The notes under the pieces were generated by a model. The model was given only the letters and a program-made list of their open reading frames with translations. It was not told where the DNA came from and searched no databases. The position numbers and the translations under genes are program-made. A DNA stretch of 64,000 nucleotides from a virus. Lineage: Duplodnaviria > Caudoviricetes. Positions 1 through 8,900 of this stretch are shown here, one piece after another (the first letter of the stretch is position 1; the number at the start of each line of letters is the position of its first letter). The stretch lies in the IMG/VR virus record IMGVR_UViG_3300033068_001920, positions 1 to 64,000 of that record. The stretch is one strand, 5' to 3'.

Positions 1-210
1 CCCCCGGTTGGCGGGATGCGTGCATTGGTCCACGCCATCGTTCATCTTGACGCCCTCGTAGCACGGGCAACTTTGGCGATCTTGCTCAAAGCCACGTTCG
101 TCACGGCGGACAGAAAAGCTGGCTGGCGGCGTCACGCAGGGAGCTTCGGCAGTTCCGGTATAGCCGCATCGGCTGCATCCGCTGCCGCCGCATGCACGAT
201 GGTCGATCAT
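1..210 (-). CDS. Cys-rich hypothetical phage protein, runs off the window edge
   Basis: ATG at 210; MIDHRACGGSGCSRCGYTG... stays open to base 1 (read manually). Confidence 0.4.
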   Translation of the reverse strand, partial: MIDHRACGGSGCSRCGYTGTAEAPCVTPPASFSVRRDERGFEQDRQSCPCYEGVKMNDGVDQCTHPANRG

Positions 211-260
211 GGTCGTCGGAGCATGCTTCGCCACTCCGGCGCCGGCTTCGGTCGGGGCGG

Positions 261-482
261 TCACAGCGTCACTCCATGCGCGGCGAGGTAGCCTGCGCGG
301 TTCTTGTTGCCTCGGATGACGGCGGCGCGTTCCAGCCTCATGGCTTTGTTGGCCGCGGCCTGCAATTTGTCCATGCCTTTCCCGCACGCGAGCGCGGCGG
401 CGTAATCGGCAGCGGTCGGGCGAATGGCGGCGGCGTAGGCGCGCAAGCCGCGTGCGGAATTGGTAGCGGTCGGGGCGGTCAT
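261..482 (-). CDS. hypothetical phage protein
   Basis: MTAPTATNSARG...; co-oriented with neighbours. Confidence 0.5.
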   Translation of the reverse strand: MTAPTATNSARGLRAYAAAIRPTAADYAAALACGKGMDKLQAAANKAMRLERAAVIRGNKNRAGYLAAHGVTL

Positions 483-645
483 GCGGCACCGCCTTCGTAC
501 CCGGCGTCGCGCGCGGACCACATGTGATCGTCCCGGCGATCGCGCCAGACCCGGGCGCGCGCCGGGCAGTACCGGCGCCAGTAGATCGCCAGCCAGTTCG
601 CGGCGCGCGCGCGGCGCACAGCTTCGATTCGTGCGGTGGCAAGGC

Positions 646-864
646 TCATGCCGAAACCCCGTGCCTCTGCATCAGAACGCTCGTCGCCGCGCGCTGCGGG
701 CCGGTCACGTAGTCAAGCAGGTGCTCGGCTTCGTCGTGCGTTACCTCTTCCATCGCTTCGTCGCTTGAAATGCCGTAGTGGCTGGCGACGTTACCCAGGA
801 TCGCCGCCTTCGTGACGGAATCAATGGCCGAAAAGAATTTGGTGGTGATCTGCCCGTTATTCAT
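646..864 (-). CDS. hypothetical phage protein
   Basis: MNNGQITTKFFSAID...; first gene downstream of the promoter at 905-933. Confidence 0.6.
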   Translation of the reverse strand: MNNGQITTKFFSAIDSVTKAAILGNVASHYGISSDEAMEEVTHDEAEHLLDYVTGPQRAATSVLMQRHGVSA

Positions 865-904
865 CTTCGTTTTTCCTCGCCAGCACCGCGCCGGCCATGG
901 AGTA

Positions 905-933
905 ACCTTAGCAAACGCTAACGGCGAATTCAA
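905..933 (-). promoter_or_regulatory. sigma70-like promoter with palindromic operator
   Basis: TTGAAT-N17-TAAGGT; operator TTAGCAAACGCTAA (908-921) overlaps the spacer and -10. Confidence 0.7.
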
Positions 934-961
934 CGGTTCGGCACCACTTCCCGACGAACGG

Positions 962-1252
962 TCACCGCCGGAGCGCCCGGAAGTCGATCGCGTCGATGTC
1001 GCCGAGCATCGCGTTCATGTGGTCGGCCGGCGGCGGCGCGGCGCGCTTCGGGAACGGGACCGTCGAGTACACGTAGTCGGGGCAGTTCTTGCTGTGGTTG
1101 TGCCGGAACTTGCGGAACAGCATGCCAGCCCTGGCCATCTCGCTCAGCACGTCCCACGCGGTACGGCGCGAGATGAAGAGTTCGTCCGCGAGGTCCATGC
1201 CGAGCTTTTCATCGTGCCTGAGCGCGGCGATGACGCGGTCATGGATGTGCAT
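962..1252 (-). CDS. winged-HTH DNA-binding protein
   Basis: LADELFISRRTAWDVLSEMARAGML is a wHTH pattern. Confidence 0.6.
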   Translation of the reverse strand: MHIHDRVIAALRHDEKLGMDLADELFISRRTAWDVLSEMARAGMLFRKFRHNHSKNCPDYVYSTVPFPKRAAPPPADHMNAMLGDIDAIDFRALRR

Positions 1253-1256
1253 CGGC

Positions 1257-1595
1257 CTACGGGATGCCCGCCAAAGTGTGCGGACCCATGCCGCGCGCGT
1301 TCGACATGCACTCGCGGCGAGACGACGCGATCGCATCGGGAGCCCGGCTTTCGGCTACCAGGTTGCAACGGACGCCCAAGTTCTCGCTCGCCCTGCGGCG
1401 CTTGCCGTCATCGGAGTCCATGACCAGCGGCAGCCCGCCCTTGCTCGCCCTGGTGATAAAGCGGTAGGCCGTCGCCCGGCTGATATCGCAGGCCTCTTTG
1501 ATCGTCTCGATCGATACCCATCCGCCGGATGCCCGGTGCGGCTGCATCATGAGCATGATGAATTGCGTGTAGGCGCTGTGCTTGCACTTCGGCAT
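1257..1595 (-). CDS. HTH-type DNA-binding protein
   Basis: IETIKEACDISRATAYRFI is an HTH pattern. Confidence 0.55.
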   Translation of the reverse strand: MPKCKHSAYTQFIMLMMQPHRASGGWVSIETIKEACDISRATAYRFITRASKGGLPLVMDSDDGKRRRASENLGVRCNLVAESRAPDAIASSRRECMSNARGMGPHTLAGIP

Positions 1596-1824
1596 GATGC
1601 TTCCAGGTTACGCGTGAGATGCTGATGGTTCGAAGGCGGCGGCGGCCGGCGCGATGTACGGTCGGGCCGACCTGCAGGATTGCGACGTTGCCGGCGCGCG
1701 GCCCTCGCGGGCTTGCCGGGCGTACCTGCCCCTTTCACTCAAGTCCGGAGACGTGGGCCGCGGCCTTTCTACTGACCCGGTTCCGACGCCGTCGAACCAT
1801 CAACATTGGTTGGTGCGACTGTGG

Positions 1825-1983
1825 TCAGAACGAAATAAACCCGATATCAAGCCACCCTGGAAGCGACCACCGCCTCTTCTGAAGCTGATTCTTGGAGCCG
1901 TCGATTTGCTTTCGAATCCGGTCCAGCAGTTTGCGCCTATCTTTCAGCGACATTTTCGAAACGTCTACGTGTACGACTTTCAT
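1825..1983 (-). CDS. small basic hypothetical protein (52 aa)
   Basis: GAGGG SD then MKVVHVDVSKMSLKDRRKLLDRIR...; directly downstream of tRNA-Ser. Confidence 0.4.
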   Translation of the reverse strand: MKVVHVDVSKMSLKDRRKLLDRIRKQIDGSKNQLQKRRWSLPGWLDIGFISF

Positions 1984-2001
1984 TCGGTGTCCCTCATTAT
2001 T

Positions 2002-2089
2002 TGGCGGATGGGGTGGGATTCGAACCCACGGAAGGCGAACCTTCGCTGGTTTTCAAGACCAGAGCCATAAGCCGCTCGGCCACCCATCC
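2002..2089 (-). tRNA. tRNA-Ser (anticodon UGA)
   Basis: Acceptor GGATGGG/CCCATCC, loop CTTGAAA, long variable arm, GGTTCGAATCC, encoded CCA. Confidence 0.95.
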
Positions 2090-2100
2090 GTATTTCAGTT

Positions 2101-2574
2101 CTACGTGCCAGCGACAAGCAGGCGGAGACGCGGCATCACGGTCTTTTCGTGCACGTCCTTCGGCGAACTCGGTTGCGCCGGGATGCCGAGAAGATCGGCG
2201 ATCTCATGCCACGCGGCCTTGTACCCGAATTCCGGATCCGGATCGGACAGGAGGCCGGTGCCCAAGCCGAGCGCGCGCTCCAGCGCCTCGAGCCGCGCAT
2301 GAATCGCGGACGGCACCAGCAGGTTGCGCCTGGTCCGCTCTTGGTGGCATCGGTTGACGATCACGTCGTCGGCGACCTGCCGCCAGTACGGCGCCGTGGT
2401 TCCGCCCTCATGCCCAGACCAGTTGACCTGGGCGTCGGGGTTTCGGCCCAAGCGCGCGCACTCGGCGCGGCCGATCGTTTCCTTGACGGCCATGCTGATC
2501 GGCTCGCCGATGCTGGTCATTGTCGCGGCCGCGGCGATGAGCGCGGCGATATCGGGGTGCTTCGGAGTGGGCAT
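2101..2574 (-). CDS. hypothetical phage protein (mosaic type)
   Basis: 157 aa ORF between tRNAs. Confidence 0.6.
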   Translation of the reverse strand: MPTPKHPDIAALIAAAATMTSIGEPISMAVKETIGRAECARLGRNPDAQVNWSGHEGGTTAPYWRQVADDVIVNRCHQERTRRNLLVPSAIHARLEALERALGLGTGLLSDPDPEFGYKAAWHEIADLLGIPAQPSSPKDVHEKTVMPRLRLLVAGT

Positions 2575-2602
2575 GGTCGTTCCGTTTGGTCAGGTGGTCG
2601 GC

Positions 2603-3022
2603 TTACGCGGCCGGGATGCGCTGCAGGCCGATCTTGGCGAGATCTTCGTCGGACAGCACTTCGACTGTCATACCAGATTGGAGAACCATAAAAACTGCAT
2701 TGGATCCGGAAACTTTTTTCGCATCGAAGATTGCTGCGCGAAGTTCATGGGCCTGCTGTTGTGTAATCGACTCTTCAGGGACAGCGATCACGATGCCGTC
2801 GCTCGGGATGGCAGTGATTTCGAGATCAGGGAACTTCGGGCGCGCGGCGCGCGAAAGGCGGTCGCACAGCGCGTCCCATGCCTGCTTCGTGTAAAACACG
2901 CAGGGCAGCGGGTTGCCCTCGGGGTTGTCGTTGAAACAGCCCTCGCCGTTTCCCCATTCGCGCATTCCCAGCACCACATCCGCGATGGTCTCTTGCGGTG
3001 CGCCTTCGGTCTTTTCGCCCAT
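2603..3022 (-). CDS. hypothetical phage protein
   Basis: SD plus MGEKTEGAPQ...; C-terminus weakly resembles an HK97-type portal segment. Confidence 0.6.
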   Translation of the reverse strand: MGEKTEGAPQETIADVVLGMREWGNGEGCFNDNPEGNPLPCVFYTKQAWDALCDRLSRAARPKFPDLEITAIPSDGIVIAVPEESITQQQAHELRAAIFDAKKVSGSNAVFMVLQSGMTVEVLSDEDLAKIGLQRIPAA

Positions 3023-3047
3023 GTCCTTGCCTCGATTCTGTTGATGG

Positions 3048-3124
3048 TGGTCGGGGTAGAGGGATTCGAACCCCCGACATCCTGCTCCCAAAGCAGGCGC
3101 GCTACCAGACTGCGCTATACCCCG
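3048..3124 (-). tRNA. tRNA-Pro (anticodon UGG)
   Basis: CGGGGTA...CCTGC TTTGGGA GCAGG...GGTTCGAATCC...TACCCCG ACCA; 77 nt. Confidence 0.96.
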
Positions 3125-3142
3125 CGATTCTGTTCGGTGTGA

Positions 3143-3430
3143 CTATGCCGCGCTGAGCTTTTCGTCCAATGCTTCGACCGGCGAGGCGCTGACGGCCCAA
3201 CCGACGACGGAGCAACCGAAGAACGAAACGAATTCGATTTCCCCTGTGTCGAGCCTGCAGACCATCCTTGCCCGGTACTGAGGAAGTTCGGCGACCATCA
3301 CGAATTCATCTTCGAATGAGGGCACGAACGGCACATTGACCGCTACCTCCACATCCGTGGCGATCGGCATGAACAGGCTCAGCACGGCGCGCCAGAATGG
3401 GCGCAAATACAGCGTTTCGACGCGAATCAT
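3143..3430 (-). CDS. hypothetical protein
   Basis: 95 aa ORF with SD. Confidence 0.55.
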   Translation of the reverse strand: MIRVETLYLRPFWRAVLSLFMPIATDVEVAVNVPFVPSFEDEFVMVAELPQYRARMVCRLDTGEIEFVSFFGCSVVGWAVSASPVEALDEKLSAA

Positions 3431-3443
3431 GAGGTTCCCCTGA

Positions 3444-3596
3444 TTATGGGACGATGGCTTCGGCCAGCGTCACGAGCGCGCCCAGCGTCACGGCGCAGAC
3501 TGCCACGGATACGCAGCCGTCGATCGCCCACTGCGCGATCTTGGATCTGGCCGGCGTCGGCGGCGGATAGTCGCGGCAGGGTTGCGGGCCGATCAT
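3444..3596 (-). CDS. small membrane protein
   Basis: MIGPQPCRDY... with hydrophobic C-terminus; ATGA coupling to the upstream ORF. Confidence 0.45.
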   Translation of the reverse strand: MIGPQPCRDYPPPTPARSKIAQWAIDGCVSVAVCAVTLGALVTLAEAIVP

Positions 3597-3754
3597 GCCT
3601 TCATGTCCCTTGGCCGCGCAAACGTGGTAAATCCAACCCCATCCCACTGGATGCTCAGAACCTCCCAACCGAGCGGCCACGGCTCCAAGTCGAAGTGGAT
3701 GCGATCGCTTTCGTCGAGACGCACCCAGCCGATGAAAAGCGGTCCGATCTTCAC
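3593..3754 (-). CDS. small hypothetical protein (GTG start)
   Basis: GAG then GTG; MKIGPLFIGWVRLDESDRIHFDLEPWPLGW... (read manually). Confidence 0.45.
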   Translation of the reverse strand: MKIGPLFIGWVRLDESDRIHFDLEPWPLGWEVLSIQWDGVGFTTFARPRDMKA

Positions 3755-3756
3755 CT

Positions 3757-3960
3757 CTACTTGCTCTTGAGGATGACGATGATGTCGTCCAGCGCTTTGC
3801 CGAACATGTCCATCGCATCCATGAAGACGTTGAGCACGCCCAGCAGCGCGAAGATGCCGATGGATACCGTCGCCGTGACCCAGAACGGCGCGCCGGCGAA
3901 GTGGAGCACGATACCCACGAGCAGAGCCGTGAGCGCATCCGATACGAACCTCTTTTTCAT
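3757..3960 (-). CDS. small two-TM membrane protein
   Basis: Two hydrophobic stretches with basic termini. Confidence 0.6.
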   Translation of the reverse strand: MKKRFVSDALTALLVGIVLHFAGAPFWVTATVSIGIFALLGVLNVFMDAMDMFGKALDDIIVILKSK

Positions 3961-4124
3961 GATTTTTTCAACTCATTGATCTTGGCGCAGATCAGGTCGT
4001 AGGCGGTCCAGACGATGAACACGATCGCCCCGAACCCGACAGCCGCCCACTTCGGGCCGTCGCAAAGGGCAACTGTCGCGACGATGATCGCGGCGCAGAT
4101 GGCATTGACGATGATGTTGTTCAC
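3957..4124 (-). CDS. small two-TM membrane protein
   Basis: GTG start; two hydrophobic stretches; ATGA overlap with the next gene. Confidence 0.55.
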   Translation of the reverse strand: MNNIIVNAICAAIIVATVALCDGPKWAAVGFGAIVFIVWTAYDLICAKINELKKS

Positions 4125-4142
4125 AGGAACCCCTGATTGATA

Positions 4143-4218
4143 TGGCAGCCGCACCAGGACTTGAACCTGGAACCTTCGGCTTCGGAAGCCGGCGCTCTGT
4201 CCTTTGAGCTATGCGGCT
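4143..4218 (-). tRNA. tRNA-Arg (anticodon CCG)
   Basis: AGCCGCA/TGCGGCT acceptor, A20, loop TTCCGAA, T-loop TTCAAGT, encoded CCA. Confidence 0.9.
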
Positions 4219-4224
4219 GTAGTA

Positions 4225-4298
4225 CAACGCGGGCCGGATTCGAACCGGCGACCCTTCCCGCTCATGGGGGAACCTCTAACCACTGGAGATACCGCGTT
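4225..4298 (-). ncRNA. aberrant tRNA-like element (non-canonical anticodon arm, no CCA)
   Basis: Acceptor AACGCGG/CCGCGTT, D-arm TCTC..GAGG and T-arm GCCGG TTCGAAT CCGGC all pair; anticodon arm is TTCCC-CCATGAGC-GGGAA. Confidence 0.75.
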
Positions 4299-4306
4299 GC
4301 CCACGC

Positions 4307-4346
4307 ACTTCACCATGCAGGCGGGCGCGTGTCAAGCGTTTGCTAA
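4307..4346 (-). promoter_or_regulatory. promoter of the tRNA cluster with operator
   Basis: TTGACA-N17-TGAAGT; operator TTAGCAAACGCTT (4334-4346) overlaps the -35. Confidence 0.6.
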
Positions 4347-4368
4347 CACTAATTCCAACGCTCTGCGA

Positions 4369-5778
4369 TCAGAGCACCTGTTCCACGGTCACGGTGAGGC
4401 TCGCATCCGACACGAAGCGGTACTGCTCCGGCAAGATCGGGCCGGTTGCGTCGATGACCTCCACCTCGAGATCGGCGCGCTCGCCTTGCAGCGCCGGAAC
4501 CGAACGTTCCAGCAGCCGATAGATGCTCTTGTAGAGCACGCGGTTCTGCCCGGCCTTCGCGAACGCGCTGTCGCGCCCGTACGCGGCGAGGATCTGTTCC
4601 CTGATCTGCTGCTCCACCTGGGCGAAGTCGTAGACCGAATGGACCTTGGCTTCGACCGTGACCGGGATTTCGACCTCATCGAACGGCACCGACCGCACTT
4701 TGTAGGAATCGTCCGCGCGCAGGATGACGGCCTTGATCTGTTCGAACAGCACCGAATCCAGGACGCCGTCCTTGGTCGCCGCGACGAACAGGGTGTTGAT
4801 GTTGTCCACGTCCGGGCCGCGCACCGTTTCTTCCGTCTGCTCATTCCAGATCGACAGGAACCGGAACGGGGACAGGTTGCGGCGCACCAAGAAATCGAAG
4901 TTGCCGAGATAGACCGCCGACAGGTCGTAGATCGACGGGTACTTGCAGATCGTGCGCAGCGTCGGGACATCCAACGCGCCGCGGCCGCGCGAGGTGACCT
5001 CCGACATCGTCATCTTGACCAGCGCTTCGGCCGGCAGCGCCGAGTATTCGAAGGCGAAGGTGCTGCCGACCGCGATGGTGATATCGCCCTCGGTGTCGGT
5101 GATGATGATGTTGAACGTCTCGCCCGCGCTCGGGTTGTAGCCGGCCAGGTCTTCGGCGCCGAACTCGATCAGCAGCCGGCGATCGGCGTCCGAAAGCAGG
5201 TTGAAGACCTCAGCGCCGGGCAGAACGTTGACGTATTCCGGGCTCCACACGAATTCTGTGCCGCCGACATCGCGCAGCACCCGAACCTTGACGATCGCAC
5301 GGCCCTCGGCTGGCGCCGGCACCTCGATCTGATAGAACGGCTGGGAGACGGTGACGGTGTGGTCGAACGACCGCTCGCTCTCCTGCCGCAGCACGACCGT
5401 CGCCGAATCGTTGGCCGGTACAGTGACGCCGGCGACGACCGCGAAGGTCTGCCCCTGCGTGTCCAAGACGCGGCGGCCGGTCGCCAAGTTGAAGGCGACC
5501 CCGCTCCCGTTCTCAACCAGCGCTTCGACCTCGGTCGGCAGGCCGAAGGGCAGGACGCCCTTGGCGGCGGCGTCCGCCAGCACCGTCGCATCGCGCGCCA
5601 TGGTGAAGGGTTCCGCGGCGGCCACGTCCTGCTCCGCCGACGACATCGCCAGCATCGCCGCCATCGCGTCCAAGCTGGCCAGCAGGCTCGGGTCGCGGGC
5701 ACGGAAGAGTTCCGCCGCGCGCGGGTAGTTGCTGATCTCCGCGGCGATGGCCTGCTGATAGTCCCGCTTGCTATTCAC
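4369..5778 (-). CDS. baseplate wedge protein (J/gp6-like; P1 BplA-like)
   Basis: AEPFTMARDATVLADAAAKG resembles the baseplate-J N-terminal motif; follows a gp25/W-like gene. Confidence 0.8.
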   Translation of the reverse strand: MNSKRDYQQAIAAEISNYPRAAELFRARDPSLLASLDAMAAMLAMSSAEQDVAAAEPFTMARDATVLADAAAKGVLPFGLPTEVEALVENGSGVAFNLATGRRVLDTQGQTFAVVAGVTVPANDSATVVLRQESERSFDHTVTVSQPFYQIEVPAPAEGRAIVKVRVLRDVGGTEFVWSPEYVNVLPGAEVFNLLSDADRRLLIEFGAEDLAGYNPSAGETFNIIITDTEGDITIAVGSTFAFEYSALPAEALVKMTMSEVTSRGRGALDVPTLRTICKYPSIYDLSAVYLGNFDFLVRRNLSPFRFLSIWNEQTEETVRGPDVDNINTLFVAATKDGVLDSVLFEQIKAVILRADDSYKVRSVPFDEVEIPVTVEAKVHSVYDFAQVEQQIREQILAAYGRDSAFAKAGQNRVLYKSIYRLLERSVPALQGERADLEVEVIDATGPILPEQYRFVSDASLTVTVEQVL

Positions 5779-6068
5779 TGTGTCTGGATCTCGTCGTAGT
5801 TGATGGAGATGTCGCCGACCTCGATGATCAGCCGCTTCGTGTCCTTGGTCCGCTGCTGGAAGTAGACGTTGACCGACCCTCGGGGCAACTGCCGGAGCAG
5901 AGGGATATCGATCAGCATCTTGTCGATGAACGCGTCGCCCATGCCGTCGGCGTTCGGCAGCTGCAGCAACGCCTTGGGGTCGCAGCCGTAGCTGGACCCC
6001 AGGTAGCCATTCGGAGGCGTGGACAGCCAGTGCCGCACCATCCGCGCCAGATCCTCACCGTTCACCAT
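5775..6068 (-). CDS. baseplate gp25/W-like protein (P1 PmgA-like)
   Basis: HWLSTPPNGYLGSSYG motif; size and position fit. Confidence 0.75.
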   Translation of the reverse strand: MVNGEDLARMVRHWLSTPPNGYLGSSYGCDPKALLQLPNADGMGDAFIDKMLIDIPLLRQLPRGSVNVYFQQRTKDTKRLIIEVGDISINYDEIQTQ

Positions 6069-6069
6069 C

Positions 6070-7989
6070 TCAGCCGACTCCTCGAGCCATGTTGCCGCCC
6101 ATGCCGCCTGTCGCCAGCTGCGCGATGCCGCGGTCCGACAGGTTCTGCGTCAATTCCCGCGGTAGCGTGACTTGCACCGGGTCTTTGCCGCGCCGGTTGC
6201 TTCCGATCCTGGCCTGCTCCGGCGGCGGCGGCGGTAGCGCCATCTGTGCCGGGCTGGGCTTCGCCGATGTGCGGCTCGCTGCTGAGCCCGCCGGCGCGAC
6301 CGGTGTTGCCGCCGGTGCCGCGCTTGTCCGCGGCGCAGGTGCGGCCGACTTCGCCAGATACGCACTGGCGCGCTGCTTCCGGCTCCCCATGTGCGGAACA
6401 CCAGGACGCAGGAACTGGTTCGAAACCACCTCTGTCGCGGCGCCGACGCTGCTGGTCTTGCGCAGGTTGCCGAGCACAGCACCTTCGGACGTGCTGTCAA
6501 GCTCGTGCCGCAGGAACCCGTAGTTCGCTTCGTACGATGTCGGGTCCAGCCCCTTCTTCTGCGCCCATGCTTCGAACTGGCGCCGGCGCGGGCCGGTCCA
6601 CTGCGCATAGCCGTACCCGCCGCGCGACCCCTTCACGGTCGGCTTGATCTCCTGCAGCGACTTGAAGTCGCCAGACTCATGGGACAGGTTGCCCACGAAA
6701 CCGGCCGCCTGTTCCGGGGTGAGTTGGTAGTCGCGCATCAGGTCCGACATCAACCTGGCACCGGTTGGCGCTGTGCTGGGCATGCCCATTCCGCCGCCGC
6801 CGCCACTGCCGCCCGATGTTCCTGAACTCGCCGGTACAGGTGAACTCTTCGGTTTAGTAATTGGACCGGGCTTTTTGCCCGTCACAATGTTCCATCCCGT
6901 GCTCGCTGCCTGACCGATCTTGTCGGCCAACCCCAAGGTGATCGCGTTCCCGAAGTCCTGAAGCACGCCGGCGACACGCACCAAGATGTCCTTGCCGATG
7001 GACCCTCCAATCTCGGTGCCGTAGCGCTTGGCGTAGTCCTCGGAACTGGTGTTGAACGAACTGATCGCGGACATGATGGCGCCGACTGGGAGCAGCGACC
7101 TGCCCAGTCCGCCCTTGGCGATGCCGGCGATGCGCCCGCCGGTGAACAACCCCTTGATGCCGGTGCCGGCGCGGGAGAGTAGCCCCCCTGCTCTGGCCAT
7201 CAGGCCGCCGCCGCCCATACCGAGACGACCGAGCAGGCCGGACAGCATTCCACCGCCGCCCGCTTCACCGCCGCCGCCCCTGGACTCGATGATCCGCTTG
7301 AACCACGGGATCTGCGCCTTCACGGTCTCCTTGGCAGATTCCTTCGCGGCGCGCCTCTCCCTCTTGCGCTCGGCGCGGTCCTTCCATGAGTCGAACAGGC
7401 CACCCCCGACGACCCGGCCTACTGCGGCGAGCGGCGCGCCGATCTCTTTGACCGCGCCGAGCACGGGATCGACCTGCGATGTTCCTGCGATCGCCGATGC
7501 TGCGCCGTCCTTTGCGGCCTCCCCTGCCAGTTTGGCGAATCGCCCGTCCTCGCGGGAACTGCCTCTGGGCTCCCTACTGTATTTCGAATCGCCCGGGTCG
7601 CTCGCTGCCGGCGAGATTCCGGCTTGGATCGCCTTTCCCGGCTTGCCGATGAACCTGCCCTTGGCGTCGCGCGCGGCCATGGTCGCGACCGCCGACGCAA
7701 TCGCGCGGGCCTGGCGCTGCGGGCTGACCGCGGCCGATATCGACTGCGCCCGCTCCGGGAGAGGTTGCCCCACCCTCATCGGGCGCGCGGATGATGGTTT
7801 CGCCTGCGCGGCCGCAGCGCTACGCTGCCCCGTCCTTGTCGCGCCGCGCTGGCCGGCGAGGATCCGGCGCACTTCCGCCATGTCCTTGGCCAGATTGCCG
7901 ACCATGCCGAGCACCCGCTCCATCCAGCGGGTGTCCAACTCTACGGGCTGCCCGACCAGGAAGCCGTCGCTGTCGGCCTTGATCGCCAT
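6070..7989 (-). CDS. tape measure protein with phage tail lysozyme domain
   Basis: Ala/Gly-rich; LTPEQAAGFVGNLSHESG...GYAQWTGPRR is a tail-lysozyme motif. Confidence 0.8.
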   Translation of the reverse strand: MAIKADSDGFLVGQPVELDTRWMERVLGMVGNLAKDMAEVRRILAGQRGATRTGQRSAAAAQAKPSSARPMRVGQPLPERAQSISAAVSPQRQARAIASAVATMAARDAKGRFIGKPGKAIQAGISPAASDPGDSKYSREPRGSSREDGRFAKLAGEAAKDGAASAIAGTSQVDPVLGAVKEIGAPLAAVGRVVGGGLFDSWKDRAERKRERRAAKESAKETVKAQIPWFKRIIESRGGGGEAGGGGMLSGLLGRLGMGGGGLMARAGGLLSRAGTGIKGLFTGGRIAGIAKGGLGRSLLPVGAIMSAISSFNTSSEDYAKRYGTEIGGSIGKDILVRVAGVLQDFGNAITLGLADKIGQAASTGWNIVTGKKPGPITKPKSSPVPASSGTSGGSGGGGGMGMPSTAPTGARLMSDLMRDYQLTPEQAAGFVGNLSHESGDFKSLQEIKPTVKGSRGGYGYAQWTGPRRRQFEAWAQKKGLDPTSYEANYGFLRHELDSTSEGAVLGNLRKTSSVGAATEVVSNQFLRPGVPHMGSRKQRASAYLAKSAAPAPRTSAAPAATPVAPAGSAASRTSAKPSPAQMALPPPPPEQARIGSNRRGKDPVQVTLPRELTQNLSDRGIAQLATGGMGGNMARGVG

Positions 7990-8900
7990 CAGCGTGTGTT
8001 GAACCGCTTCTGCAACCAGGTCTCGGCCGCACTCTTCGGCTCTTCAGCCCGGCTGCTGGCGACATCCTCGATGCCCTCGAGCGACGCCATCTTGAAACTG
8101 TCGGCATCCGCGAAGCGGGAGTCCGCCGCCGGGACTGCGGTCTGCTTCACCGCATCCAGCACTTCGGCCCGGGTCGGCTTCTTGGGTGCCGGCGCCGGCT
8201 CGTCGGCCTTGGTTGCACGTGGAACCTTTGCGAGCATGCCGCGGAAGTCGTGGTTCTCGACCATGACCGCATCCAAGGTCTCGGCGAGACGGTCATAGTC
8301 CGCCTGCTGGCGATCCAGCAATGCCGTGGTCGATTCCATCAGCGCGTTGTACTGCCCCACCTCATCCAGCACCATCTGGTCGGCCTCATCCATGCCGTCC
8401 GGGTCGATGCGGTTGCCGGTGGAGTCCAGCGCGTAGCCGCGGTTCGTCGTGAAGTTCGGCTCCAGGACGTAGTCGAACCCGTGGAAGCTGGTCGGCACTT
8501 GCATGCTGCCGCGGCGGGGCGCGTTGATCGCGGACGACCACCCGCCGGCCTTGGAACTCCAGACCCGGCCGGCGAGGCGGCCCGGGGCGGTGTCCAAGAA
8601 CTCGGACTCGTGCTCGATCGTGCCATCCGGGTAGGCCTTGAGGTGCGTGGTCCGCACCGCCGGCTCGATATTCACCTGCTTGCCGCCGACCATGGTGCCT
8701 TCGGACACGTCCAGGCCGAACTTGACCCGGGGCCAGTGACCCCAGTAGCCCAGCATGTCGCCGTTCTTCACCCGCTCCTGCACCTCGCCGCCGTTGATCA
8801 GGTCAGCGAGCGCCGCGGTGTCGAAGTTGCGGTCCTGGCCCCGGAAGCGGCGGCCGCGGTCCCGCACGTTGAATCGGATCACTCCGGTCTTGATGCCCAT
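7989..8900 (-). CDS. prohead protease/scaffold (P1 Pro-like)
   Basis: GYWGHWPR, AGGWSSA and SFHGFDYVLEPNF motifs; coiled-coil C-terminus; follows the portal. Confidence 0.8.
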   Translation of the reverse strand: MGIKTGVIRFNVRDRGRRFRGQDRNFDTAALADLINGGEVQERVKNGDMLGYWGHWPRVKFGLDVSEGTMVGGKQVNIEPAVRTTHLKAYPDGTIEHESEFLDTAPGRLAGRVWSSKAGGWSSAINAPRRGSMQVPTSFHGFDYVLEPNFTTNRGYALDSTGNRIDPDGMDEADQMVLDEVGQYNALMESTTALLDRQQADYDRLAETLDAVMVENHDFRGMLAKVPRATKADEPAPAPKKPTRAEVLDAVKQTAVPAADSRFADADSFKMASLEGIEDVASSRAEEPKSAAETWLQKRFNTR

